From: Paramecium tetraurelia
Lineage: Eukaryota
NCBI GenBank assembly: GCA_000165425.1
Contig: CT868676.1
Span: forward strand, 4,981 to 68,980
Direction of reading: 5' to 3'
DNA length: 64,000 bases
Shown here: piece by piece, positions 28,301-42,668 of the stretch
Numbering within the stretch: the first letter of the stretch is position 1
Layout: each line of letters starts with the position of its first letter
Position numbers and translations under genes: made by a program
The notes under the pieces: generated by a model
What the model was told of the DNA's origin: nothing
Databases searched by the model: none
Seen by the model: only the letters and a program-made list of their open reading frames with translations

Positions 28301-28549
28301 TATTGCAATAATGTAATATTAATGAAAATATTATTATTAGAAATGATACAGTAGACAATAGAGTAATTTGAATAGGAGAACCTCTTAGGAGATGATAAAT
28401 TGATAAAATTAAAAGAGATAGCTCATGATTATCATAAAGACTACCCAAAATTAGTTGGAGCTTTCTCTCTGTATTTTGAACAGTAATAAATGGATCCTGA
28501 AGGAGCTAAAGCAGAGATTTTAGAGACCTTAAATATATTTGCTGAATGA
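25326..28549 (+). CDS. Large hypothetical protein with dispersed helical repeats
   Basis: ATG 25326, introns near 25466, 27548 and 27829, TGA 28547-28549. Recurrent motif such as VLGTLETYLQNQDAEDMLENL and IKGVFEIYLYSKNVEDFVESI. Confidence 0.75.
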
Positions 28550-28602
28550 AAATCATGATTATTTTGTAAAATGTTAATTGCGAGATATTATTAAATTATT
28601 TC

Positions 28603-29325
28603 ATGTTTTCATCAATAGCGGTTTCTCTTTAAGATTTAAGGGGTTAGAGAATAATTTCTACAAATGGCACATCTAATTATAGAGATTTTTAAAGGTTGCC
28701 TGTCACAAAGACTAATTATAAGAGATAGTACTTAAAAGGAGCATCAAATAGAGTTAAGTCACTCAAGGAGGAATCTAATTTCGTATAACTGTGCAGTGAG
28801 AGAAAAGACAATGAGAAACTATTTAAGTTTAATAAGCAAGGTTAACTATTAAACTACAGGAATTTTCATCTCCATAAATAATACCCACTCACTTAAAGGG
28901 ATTAATAAAATGAAGTCGATAGTTTAAATAAAATCAATAGTGGAAGACAGATGTTTAAAAACTCATCATTGAAGTTAATTACTGATTCCAATAATCAGTT
29001 AATTGAATTAGTATGTTCGTCTGAACCAATTATCTAAAAAATTAAAAAGACTAATTCTATTTCTAATGTTCCAAAAGTGGAAGAAAGAAACAATAATACT
29101 ACTAATTATAGTAATACTAAGAGAATATCATCTGCAAATAAACATCTATAATTGATAATCTCATCAGCAATTAACAAGGAAGATCTATTATTTAAAAGTA
29201 CCCAATCCACTCAGAATTATACATAAAAAGTGATAATTAAAGAGTATAAACTAGATCGAAGTTTGAAGTCTAAAATACCCACCTCTTTTGATGGAACAAA
29301 GAAGTTTTTAAAGTAATTTATATGA
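28603..29325 (+). CDS. Hypothetical basic protein (240 aa, apparently intronless)
   Basis: Open code-6 frame from ATG 28603 to TGA 29323-29325. Confidence 0.65.
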
Positions 29326-29562
29326 TATCAATATATCTCTATTGTAAAAGCGAACTTAATAAATTATATTTAACAAGAGTAGTTAGCAAATTTGAGATGT
29401 TACATATTAAAGATATATCTACATATATCCATCATTCAGTGTCTTAGATATCTTATTCACTTTTCTTTTTTGATCATAAAATAAAGTATTTATCTAAGTT
29501 ACCAATAATTCCTTGGATTACAAAATTATTGGTAATAATAATTTTTTAAAATATTTATTAAA

Positions 29563-30216
29563 ATGGCAACTGCTGATATTATTGTATTTAAATATTGCAA
29601 TATTTAGACGACCCATGGTATGCCTTCAAAAAAGGAAGTGATAAGTTCTAAACGGATATTTCCAGGTATTTTCGAGATCGAATGAATTAGAGCAACACAA
29701 TAGAAAGGGTGCAATTCAATTAACTTGGGATGTTCAAGGAGTTTTTCCAAAGATTGCTTAAAAGATAGGAGTATCAAAAGTACCTGATGATCCTCCCTTG
29801 GTATAAGTTATTGTTAAGATGTAGCCACCAAAACCTAAATATATTCCACCTCCATTGCCTCAGAATTATGTTCATCCTCCAATAAAAAAATAAGGCAAGA
29901 AGACAGGGAAACCAGAAATAGTGGCTGAGAGATAAAGTTACGAAGAGAGCATTGCAAAAAAAACAATCAGATAGAGTAGAAAGTCACTTTCGAACTCAAA
30001 TTATGGAAAAGAATATGGGGGGTTTTATAGCATGGATAGGTGCTTTTTGAAACGGGATAAGGAATTCATAAAAAAGGAAGTTAAAGGATATGGTAATTAT
30101 GATATATTAGAATTGCAGGCAACTTCTATGAGAAGTCACCGGAGGGGAGATTTGTGCATGTTCCATAGCCTCCGTTATCATATAAGTATTAATATGTAGC
30201 CTCAACAGAATTATGA
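29563..30216 (+). CDS. Hypothetical protein with a proline-rich segment
   Basis: MATADII..DPWYAFKKG..PPKPKYIPPPLPQNY..GNFYEKSPEGRF, three small introns, TGA 30214-30216. Confidence 0.7.
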
Positions 30217-30320
30217 TTAAATAAATTAATATGATTAATAAAAAACTTTAGTATTTAATGAGACCTTAATAAATACAAAAGATATTTTATTTTAACATCT
30301 AATTTTTTTTAAATCATCTC

Positions 30321-31333
30321 ATGCTTCCTTTAATGTGTGCTGCACCATATTTAAATTACCCCTAACTCAACCTTTAATAATTCTATATGCTTCCTACGTC
30401 AACGTATGCGTTGCCAATCCCAGTGAAAGAAACTTGTGATTAGGCATGTTAGTTTCCTGAGCCAGTTGAATAAAATGCTGTAACTAATAACATGGAGATT
30501 ATCGCAGAATAAGAATTGATCTCTCTGCTAAGATTCCTGTCGAAGAACATTTCTTTACTCCAAGACTCAGTGTTTGAAGAGTTTGTATAAGAAAATTTAA
30601 AAGTATTTCGCATTTTAATTAATTAGACACTCTCCTCATTTTCGAAAGACATACCAAACATGATCAAAAAGCGCTATGTTTAGGTTAACAAAACAAAAGA
30701 AGAAATGACGAAGTTTATTATAAGAAGATGTTTCCTTTTCATTAAAAGTCAAATTGAATACGAAGAAAAAGAGGGAATGTCAGCTGAAGAGAGAGACAGA
30801 CTCTTTTACCATTCCTTCTTCTCAGATGACAAGGAATTTATGAAGACTCTCAATCAGGAATCAATAGATGATATGATACCATTCAGAAAGGACTCCAAAA
30901 TGAAGACTATGAATGAAACCTATCTAAGAAAATTATTTGCATCAGAGAGATTTTCCTCTTTCTATGCAAAATTTCTTTGTAAAAAATTAACAATAACATT
31001 AGCTTCATTCAATGAGATTTGCAATCACGAAAACGATGAAAAAATTGAGAATATGACTAAACAGATTATTAAAATTATAATCACCAGAGATTTTGGAGTA
31101 ATTTGTTATCTTATACTTAACAGAAAATTAAAAGTTACAGACGATTCCCTTGGAAAGACCATGAAATCCTTAAATGTGAACAAAGAGCCAAAGAAATCTA
31201 CTCCAAATATTCTAACTATTCAAGTACTTCATATCTTCATCATCTAGAAGCCAATACTAAGAATAAGTTTCTTTCAAAACTAGATTCGCATACACTGGAC
31301 ATTTTGGAAAAATTCTCTGAATCTTCAGAATGA
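30321..31333 (+). CDS. Ciliate-type hypothetical protein, possibly nuclear (KTKEEMTKFIIRRCF...KTMNETYLRKLF)
   Basis: Frame from ATG 30321 through the track ORF at 30705, small introns, TGA 31331-31333. Confidence 0.75.
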
Positions 31334-31373
31334 AATATATATGAATATTATATATATATATTTTAATTATATT

Positions 31374-32229
31374 ATGAATCAGTATTTGGCCACTCATGAC
31401 TCAAGTCTAAACACTTCTTTGTCTAAATAAAAGTACTCATTCCCAAAAGCCAAAAGAGAACCCATTCATAATAAATCAGCGTAATTCTCATTCTCCACTC
31501 ATGTAGAACCAACGAATTAAGTTACAAATTACCTTAAAACTTGGGAAGCAGAATGGCTGGAATCGGCTATGGATTCAAGTACTCCAAGTTCATATATTTA
31601 GACATGATTTTTCCAAAGATGCTAAACCAGTCCCAGCTCCTAATTTGTATGAAATCTAATCCTTTGCTGAAAATAATGTCGACAAGAAGAAGGGACCCAC
31701 ATTCGCTTATAGCAGAGATTAAATGAAGGCCCATGGAATTTGGGGTTCTTTGAATTTACTTTCTCCAGGTCCTGGTAGATATGCTTCAACCAATTCCCTT
31801 GTTGATAACAAATTCACCTTTGGACTCAAATCAGGCTCTTTGAAATAGTTCAACACTCCTGGTTTCTCTAATTAATCTATTTCTAGGACCTGGAACTTAT
31901 GAAGCCATTCAAATCACAAATCAAAAAGGAAATCAATATATCTCAAAATTCAGAAGCTCTGGTGCTGCCATCATAGGCAAAGATTAAGACAGATTTAAGA
32001 CCCTATAGAGTTTCAATCTTATTTATCAATAGCCTAAAATAGTTTTCCTGAACCAGCTAGTTATGATATCTCGAATACTGGAATCACTGGAACAGGTTTC
32101 TGCCACAAAAATGGATTCAAATCTACAGTCCAAAACTCATTTCCTAAGGCTACACGAAAAGGACCATTCGATTTGGGAGCGTAGAGTCCTGGTCCTGGAA
32201 GTTATAAAGTTTATTCAGAATTTGAGTGA
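31374..32229 (+). CDS. Sperm-tail PG-rich repeat (STPG/ODF3/SHIPPO-like) ciliary protein
   Basis: Repeats PAPNLY, SPGPGRY, TPGPGTY, PEPASY and SPGPGSY..SEFE. Four introns. Confidence 0.85.
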
Positions 32230-32379
32230 TTTTAATATAGAAACATTAAGTTAAATTCAATAGAAACAAAACAGTATGATAAGTTTATTAAATCAAATAC
32301 TTCTAATGATTAAAGTGAATTAAATTGGCTGATATTCAAAATTTTGTTTTTCCTGTTACAAATAATATTAATTATAAAA

Positions 32380-34103
<1,724 letters not shown>

Positions 34104-34245
34104 ATCATTAATCTTTATATTCATGAAATCATTTTCATACAAAATAAATAATGCATTATTATTAATTAAACATAATTAGTCATCTTACATCATATTATAA
34201 TAAACATGATTTCATGGATAATCAAAAATATTATTGTTTTAATTA

Positions 34246-35109
34246 ATGTTTAGGAATTTAATTAAATTAGGAGGCTGTTTGGGCTTGTTGAGTTCCTCAA
34301 ATATTTTATGCAATTAAATTAAAGGTAAAAACTCGGAGGACCAATTACCTCATTTTCATTTTATTAATGATCATGATTTACAAAAATTACAAAAGAAACA
34401 TACAAATTTGTAAATTATAGATAGAAGCTACACAGAACACATTCTATCAGTGATTCGAGACGTTGAAACAGATATCGTGGTATTAATAACTATTATTCAA
34501 GGATTTCAGAAAAAATGCAGATCGTTTAATTAGAATTCTGATTGAATAAGCTATCTCATAAATTGAAAAAAAGAAACACGTTAAATAGTCTCCATTAGGA
34601 TATTATGATGCTCATGAGTTGAAATTTTCAGATGAGGAGTAATTTTAATTAATAAATTCAGAATATGTTTTGTGAGTATTCTAAGGTCAGGAAATGCTTT
34701 TTTAATTGAGGCTTTGAAGATCATGACAGGAGCATCAATTGGTTAAATACTTATTTAAAGAAATGAGGAAACTTCTCAACCTTCATATTTTTTCTAAAAG
34801 TTGCCTAAAAACATTAAGGATTAATAAGTCATCCTGGTTGATCCAATGTTGGCCACAGGAGGTAGTGCTAGCATGGCTTTGAAGATTTTAAAAAATCATG
34901 GAGTCAAAGAAGAGAACATCACATTTTTAACGTTAGTTAGTTGTGAATAAGGATTAAGTAAATTGTTTAGTGAGCATCCTAAAATCAAGATTATTACAGC
35001 TTAAGTTGATCCAATCTTATTGTAAGATATCAACTACTTAGCTCCAGGAATAGGTGATTTTGGAGATAGATATTTTGGGACTGTTAAAAGCAGTTAAGGT
35101 TAATAATGA
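34246..35109 (+). CDS. UPRT: Uracil phosphoribosyltransferase
   Basis: VSILRSG, IGQILIQRNEET, PRPP motif VILVDPMLATGGS and YLAPGIGDFGDRYFGT. Two introns. Confidence 0.95.
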
Positions 35110-35176
35110 TTATTACATAAAAACAGCAAATTTATCTGTGAAATCCTGTTTATAAAAAAATATATTAAATAATTTT

Positions 35177-36815
35177 TCAAAGCTACTATTACTAATTAAG
35201 TTTATTATATAATTTAAAGGCTGAGTTCTTTTTTAGAGGAGTAGTATCAAATTTTAATTTACTCAAGCTCAAATTATCTTTAAATTAAGAATGTTGAATA
35301 GCACTCTTATTTTCTGATTTCAAGTTTGGAGTCTTTTTATTAGATTATTGAATATTTTAATGTTTTGGAGTGAGTAAATTTAATAATTTTGAAGGTGACT
35401 CAATTTAATGTTAAAATTAATCATCATATTTGACTTCCAAACAAATATTACTAGGACTATGAGTGTCATTATGATGATGATTGTCATTATTATTATGAGA
35501 ATCATTTGTATTGTTTTAATTAGGATCTGGTTTCTCTTTGAGAGGAGTCTTAAACTAATTCAGAGAAGGCAGTTGATATTCATCACTATTATTGGTTTAT
35601 TCATAAATTCTACTTAAATTCTTGGATACTTAATTGGCACTATCTTGTTTGTATTTATGCAAATAATTATAATAGAAGGAAGGTCTTTATGATAAAAAGT
35701 CTTTGATTACAGAGACAGTAAAAACGTCTTAGCACATAATCCAAAAGTCTTTTATCCATCTATCAACCTTCTCATCTTAATCATAACCATGAGCTCCGAC
35801 CTTTTCTTATATGTATTCATATAGATTGTTTTATATGTCATCAGCTTTGTCTTCATTCCAGAATATTGAGTCAGTTATCTTAGCAGTTTTCTTTAGCATT
35901 TTTGTTTCCATTGAGTAACTCTCAATTCCATCGATTTTAATTTCATTCATCATTTTCTAAATATACGAATTCACTGAATTGGGATTCAAATAATTCTGTT
36001 GTTTATTTGTCCTTCTTCTTGGCATATTGTTAGGAGAATAGGATCTGGGAGACATCTATCCATTTTATTGAGAGGATAACAATTTTTATAATAATTATCT
36101 TTCTAAGGAAGTAAATGAATTCATCAATTCAGAATTCTACATTCCTATAGGATAGTTAACTTATTGTGTACCTCCTCTCTTGCGAATATCTTTCAATCTC
36201 TCCTCCATCTCAGGAATACGTTTTTTCATTGCTGAATTCCAATGATTCTTTATTGAATTGTCTGTCCTCCCTATTAATTATTTAGCCATTTCAGCCCATC
36301 TATTTCCCATAACTCTATGTGATAGGAATAGAATCCATTCTTCATAATCTCCCCAATGTGATTTCTTAATCTGAGGATTCAAATGATTATGCCATCTCTC
36401 TCTGCATTATTTGCCTATTCTCCCAGGCAGATGTTCTGCTATGAATGTCCATTTCTAAGGACCGTGCATCTAAACCAATTTAATTAACAAATTATCTTCC
36501 TACTCTGACCATGGTCTCTTTTTTCCTTTAGACTAATTTGATACTCTAATTTAATACATGAAATAGAATATCTTCATCATCATCATAATCTCTTTCTTGC
36601 CCATATTTTGGTGTAACTGTCAGGGCGAAATTGGTTAAGCTCTTTTATTTAGTTGCTGCTATGTCCTATAAAATGTTCTATTTTTTTTTATCAGTTGGTT
36701 CGATTTCATTCATCTCAACATATTCATTCTTGTTTCTTAATCTCCTCTTTATTATCGGAGGAGAAATAGACAGATGATTTTATGATTTCATTCTCAATCT
36801 CTAACTTCTATACAT
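35177..36815 (-). CDS. Two-repeat (R2R3-type) Myb transcription factor
   Basis: KRPWSEQEDNLLIKLVQMHGPQKWTFIAEHLPGRIGKQCRERWHNHLNP..W..EEWILFLSHRVMGNRWAEMAKQLIGRTDNSIKNHWNSAMKKR. Confidence 0.95.
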
Positions 36816-37990
36816 TTTATTAATTAAATAATATTTTTGAATTTGAATTTCAAAATTAAATATATATTATATACCTCATATTATTTATATTAATTGCCAT
36901 ACATATATATATATACTACTCCTCACTCTCATATCCATTCTCCCATTCCCTAAAATTTCCTCGCCATTCAATAATATACTCACTTCTTATTTTTTAGAGA
37001 TTGCCAACTTTTATTATTTCAATCATTCAATAACATTTAATCAAATAGAGGCAAAGTCAACTCTCCTTTATATTACCAATAAGAGGATTCCCCTTGCTCA
37101 TTATCCTCACCATTCCTTCTCATTACAATGCTATAACTAATAGCAAGCCCTCCAAAGCACATCAAATTCAAATTCTAAACGATAATTTCTAATTTATCAC
37201 AAATATTTTAAATAAATAATTCAAAAAATTATTCCGAATGTCAATTCTTAATTATACATTAAAATAAAGAAATAGATTCAAGATAATTTTGATCATTTAA
37301 ATATAATTTAAGTTTCAAGCATTATTGAATTTAATTGGTATTGGATTTTCTTAATTTTTAAATATTGGACGTTATTGATATATGCTATTTTTTAATTTTA
37401 TTGGAGGTTGTTTATATCAAACACAAAGCACGATATGTACAATGTAGAATGATATAAAATAAATTAAATCAGCCATGTATTTTTCATTCCACTTAGACAA
37501 AATCATTGTTCACTAAAAGAAATATTCTTAATAAAAGAATACAACAGTTAAAAGATATTAAAAATTAAATAATATTGAGTATATTCATTTAATGAACAAA
37601 TGGATGTATTTTAAACTAAATAAATTATTTCATTCTAAAGTAATTATTTTTGAGCTTACATACCTTAGAGTATATATTATTTAATACACTGTAAATTTAT
37701 TATTTCCATATTTTTCATTTTTAAGTAAGTCAGTTTCTTTTTTTAATATTTTAATTGATGTGATTGAGTCTATACACTAAAAAGTAATTTCTAATGATTT
37801 CTTTTTTGAGAATTGTTTAGATTATGGATTGGAAATATATATTCTTAGAATTTATAATATTTATAAATGAGATTTGTTTAATAAATTATTTGTATTTTAG
37901 AATAATAGTTTCATAATGTATATGGATTCCATGTGTTTTCTATGGTTGAAATACGAGGAATGAAAAGTTTAAATATATTTAATAAAACTT

Positions 37991-39653
37991 ATGGATAGAA
38001 ACTCATTTGTAAATTAGATCGATAGTTTCATTGAGACTACAATATAAGCACAAGGTTTCGATAAATAAGAGTTTCTCTAATATTTAAATAGTAAAAAAAC
38101 AAATGGTGATAAAATTGAATTATGGAATATGGATGAGATTCTCATAGCAGGAGGGGAGTTTTTGGCCCTAAAATAGCAATAGTACGTATTATTACAATTC
38201 TAGACAAACAAGCACAGAGATGACTAAATATCCTGAATATTAGAATAACCACCAGGATGGGAAGTTATATCCTGGATTCAATGATTATCAATCTCCTCCT
38301 AGTTTTATTTCTTAGCCCTAATTTGCTAAACAAGGAACTTTAAAGGAGGAATCTGAAGGTTTGATGCAGACACCTCCACCTCCTCAAATGCCTCAACTTC
38401 CTCAACCTCCTTTGCCTCAACAGCTCATTAATCAATAAAACGTAATGGTTATAGAAGGTCAACGATATAAGGTGTATCCAGGATAACAAATGTAGATAAA
38501 TCAGAATTCTTTCTTGTATAAACATCCAAACATTGACGTGAAGATTCAAAGTTATTAAGAGTAACCAGGCTCTTTGTTTTCGAAATCATACATATTGTAT
38601 AAAATCACTTTGGATCCATATGGATATTTCATTAGTAGGAGATATTCTGACTTCGACAAATTAAGAGAATATTTGGTTAAGAATTATCCAGATTACTATG
38701 TTCCTCCAATTCCCAAGAAGGTGACTTCGAGTACTAAGAATAAGATTGCTGATTTCAGATAGTTAGCGTTAGAGAAATTCATGAATACAATCATTAGACA
38801 ATTCTGGTTCGATAGCTTAGTAGACAGCTTTTTCAGTTGTCAAAATGATAATGATCTATAAAATAAGCTCAAATAATAGAAATAGAGACAATATGATATC
38901 TAAAATTTAGCAACTTTGAATGGATAAATTGAATGTTAGATAAGTTCATAAATTGAGGGGTTCTTCTCATATTAATCAAGTACTTTTAGTAAGGATTTGG
39001 AATGCTATAACAATATTAGACAAATATCTAAGAAAATTGTGGGTTTAAACAAATAGTTAAGTTAAGAATATAAATCACTGGCAGATTAATTTGTGAATTT
39101 GCAATAAAGAAATAGGGGTTAAAATGAATAGATACCTGAGAAGGTAGATGAAATCTATTATAAACATCTTAATTAAATGTTCTTAACATGGAGTAGAAAA
39201 TAAGAAGATATTGGATTGATTGTTACTAAGCATCTAAGTTACTTTTACAAATATTAAAACTAAGTTATTGAAACACTCAAAGAGAAAATTAAGTATAGAG
39301 ATTCATTAAGGGATGAAACATTAAAATAATTACAAAAGATTGAATCTAAAATAGACAAACAATTTAAAGAATTGAATGATAGCTAAATTCAATAACGAAC
39401 TCAAACTTAATCATAAGAAATCTTCACAGAAAAACAATAAAAGTAAAGTTTGTTTCCTAAAGAAACCAAATAATATGAAGTTATTTCCGATAATTTTGGA
39501 TACTTCAATAACAATATTTACTAATAAATATAAATCATAATGAATCTGAGCCAATATTAAACTACTTAGACAATTTTAAATATGCAGCAAAAAATGGCAT
39601 AGATCTATTTGGATATGGTCAAAGAAAATGAATAATTATTTGTGAGAAACTGA
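37991..39653 (+). CDS. PX-domain protein (sorting nexin-like) with a C-terminal BAR/Vps5-like coiled coil
   Basis: SYILYKI..ISRRYSDFDKLREYLVKNYPDYYVPPIPKK..RQLALEKFMN, a Pro-rich linker and a helical C-terminus. Apparently intronless. Confidence 0.9.
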
Positions 39654-39806
39654 TTAATATATTTTAATTTATTAAACCATTTCATTATATTACACTTTAA
39701 ATTGCTTATTAATCTGAACATTGGTCGAATAATTCAATGTTAGTGTCAGAATCTTTAAATATATATTAAATGTTGTCTATCCAAAAATTATATATATTAA
39801 ATTAGT

Positions 39807-41876
39807 TCATATAGCATCAATTCTCTTTTTAAAATATTCAATGGCAGTCCTGTCGTTCAATTTTTCTTAAAGACCTGTAGAACAAATAACATTTTCTAAT
39901 ATTTCTCTAATCACATCCTTGTTTTGAAAAGTGTCCACTTTTTTTTTCTTTAAACAAAAGTTTGTTATCACACATAGTAAATACATCCCGGTTTCATAAG
40001 GTTGAGATACAGTCTTAATTTCTTCAATTTTAATTTTCCATAATTTCATATTTGAGATCCTTTCCATTTTATAGTGATAGGATTGTTTTCGAATCCAATA
40101 TATTAGAAACTATAGAAATCGATGTTGCATATCGATTCTTTATTAAACCTCATCTATTACATCCTATTCTTAGATCTGCCAAGATCGAAATATTTGTTAC
40201 AATGAACTGACTGGTAATTTAGGCTTTTGATAACATAAATAATAATGACGAATCACTAAATTCTAGACATCTATTACTCCTAATGAATATTCATCTACCT
40301 GTCCTTATTTTATTGGAAAATATATGTAATCAAAGTTAGATAAGTAATTTTCTATTCTCGATTAAGGAGCTTCTTTTCCAGTTCTTTATTCAAAGATTAA
40401 ATTATCAAAATCTGCAATTTGCATAAAAGCCTACCTTTCATTACAAAGTGAAGAAAATTCCTGTAGAAACTTGAAATAAAAGTCTACTATTTCAGATTTC
40501 ACTCTCCCATTTCTCAAATCATATAGTGCATCTCTTGATATCTTATAAAATGATGATTTACCTTGATTCCATACTTCATAGCAATAAGATTATCCTTTTA
40601 AACTGTGACAAACTTCCCTGGTGGCAATTTTTTGCCTTCTTATCTCATAATTGGATCTACAATCGATTGATAATTTTGTTCTTGTAACTACTTCAATGTC
40701 TCCACTTTAGAGTTTGTCTACAGCTGTAACCCCAAGCCTTGGAACAATTGAGAATCAAATTTTCCTTGTAGAATTTAGGAAGCATTCTTTAATAGCTGGT
40801 TTTGGCTGGATGAATATAGCATTTGATTCTGTTTTATTTGATCTAGATTCTAGAATTCAGTTTCTAGATCTTTATTTAATTTTTTCATTTTAATCTAGAA
40901 AATCTCTGAAGTCAGTATGTCATCATCATCGCCTACTCCATTTAATACTTTCAAATAGGATATTCTTTCATTCAATAGATTGATTTATTATTCCCTTTCT
41001 TGCTTAGATTTAGGAGTTTAGAGTCTGACTTTATTTAACTTTTTTGGTTGAAGTTGTGCTACTCTTTACTTTCTTAATTCTTTCAAGGCTTAATTCTGCT
41101 TTAATTTTAGTATATTTTATTAATCAATTTCAATTTATTCCTAGAATTCTTTCTCAATCTAGTCAAAACCAAAACTTAAAATTAGCCAGACGACTCTATC
41201 ATGACAAATCTTATGCTCAAATTCTGTTAATTAAATTGTATCTATTTTAACTCCTTAAAGAAATGATAATAAAAAATAAAAGTAGTATGGCGATGCTTCA
41301 GGATTGATAAATTTCTAGATCAATCTGATTTCATAATCCAGACCATCAGTCAATTAATTAACAATCATTTTCATTTACTCCTGATTATTCTTAGAGTAAT
41401 CTACCAAATATATGACTTCGTGGTATAATATTATAAGAAAATACTTCTTTATCAGTTTCACAAGTATAATTTGCTTTTTAGATTCTTCAACTGTTAGGGT
41501 TTAGACAATTGAATCAGTTTCATTCCTCAAGTTAATTTTATTGTTTTAAACATCGAATTGTTGCTAATGATTCACATCAAAAATTACAATATCATAGAAC
41601 TGGAAAAAGGGTAGGTCTCTGCCTTACATAGTTTCTGAAACAACAGCTAAATAGTTTAAGAAAAATATCCAAAGAGAATTAGAGAATTAAGATTTTTTAA
41701 TGAGAGCATCGATCTCTTTAAAAAGGATAGGTATTTCATGGAAATAAAAAAAATGCTAATATACACAATACATTACATACATTTTCATCTGAGTTGAACT
41801 TATAGTAATCGTCTACTAAATCAACTACTTCTTGAGTAGTAAAGTTATCTAGATCTGGAAATTAGTATTAAGACAT
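39807..41876 (-). CDS. Protein with a C-terminal Ulp1/SENP (C48)-like domain lacking catalytic residues
   Basis: KYGIKISRDALYDLRNGRVKSEIVDFYFKFL, FDYIYFPIK..DEYSLGVIDVQNLVIRHYYLC and SQPYETGMYLL. ATG 41876, two introns. Confidence 0.65.
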
Positions 41877-41922
41877 TAATAACAAAAATAATATATTATT
41901 TGAGTATATAGTTTATAATTGT

Positions 41923-42639
41923 TCATAGGAATGGATTGTTTGCTATGTAATTCATCTTCCTGTAATAAATCATACCAAATATGATGAAGAGTATTGAGAA
42001 TAGTGATGACAAGTACAAAGTATAAGGTTCCCATTCCTTATCAATAATTTTAAATATTGATATCGTGGCATACATAAACAATGCCATAGTGGATAGTTTA
42101 TAAGAACTTATAAAATAACGTGTATATCTAAAGATCATCTCTGAATTGGTTTATTTAATTTCAACCAAGTACCTAAATGAAATAATTAATAAGGATTACT
42201 TAAATTTGTGAGTGAAACATTACAAAATTGAGAGTAAAACCAAGAAGACCGAGTCTCCTAATAATATTAGAGCCAAATATTCCTTATCTATCTATTCGAA
42301 TGAGGAATCAAATCCAAAGTCGACATCTACTGTTGAAGGTAGTTTGTCGTATTCAGACACGAACTCATAGAAGGTGTATATGAATAGAGTGAGAGTGCAT
42401 AGATCGATGAATATTTCGACTTTGGATAAGGAGGGACGATTGTATATGATCGGTATTGTCTTGTTTGGAGAATCTTAGATACTGTAGGTTTCTATTGGAT
42501 TTAATTGTGGGTTCAATAATGAGTCTTATCTGACTATGATGTAAGCATTTGGGTTTTTGTTGTCTGGAATTTCTTTTTCATTAAGTTCCTTTTTGGATAA
42601 TTGAGATGCCACTGTTTTGGGTCCAATGATGGGATGCAT
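41923..42639 (-). CDS. Four-TM membrane protein, DUF1648-like
   Basis: TM1, then YDKLPSTVDVDFGFDSSFEQIDKEYL, TM2, KF.YLVEIKQTNSEMIFRYTR, TM3 and TM4. One intron. Confidence 0.65.
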
Positions 42640-42668
42640 TGATTTATAAATTTATTAATATAAACAAT

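Noticed and set aside
36690..36710. ggttcgatt resembling a tRNA T-loop
   Set aside because: It lies within the Myb CDS and has no cloverleaf stems around it.
41493..41504. Telomere-like ttagggtttag
   Set aside because: Fewer than two units, inside a CDS, and not a G3T3/G4T2 array.
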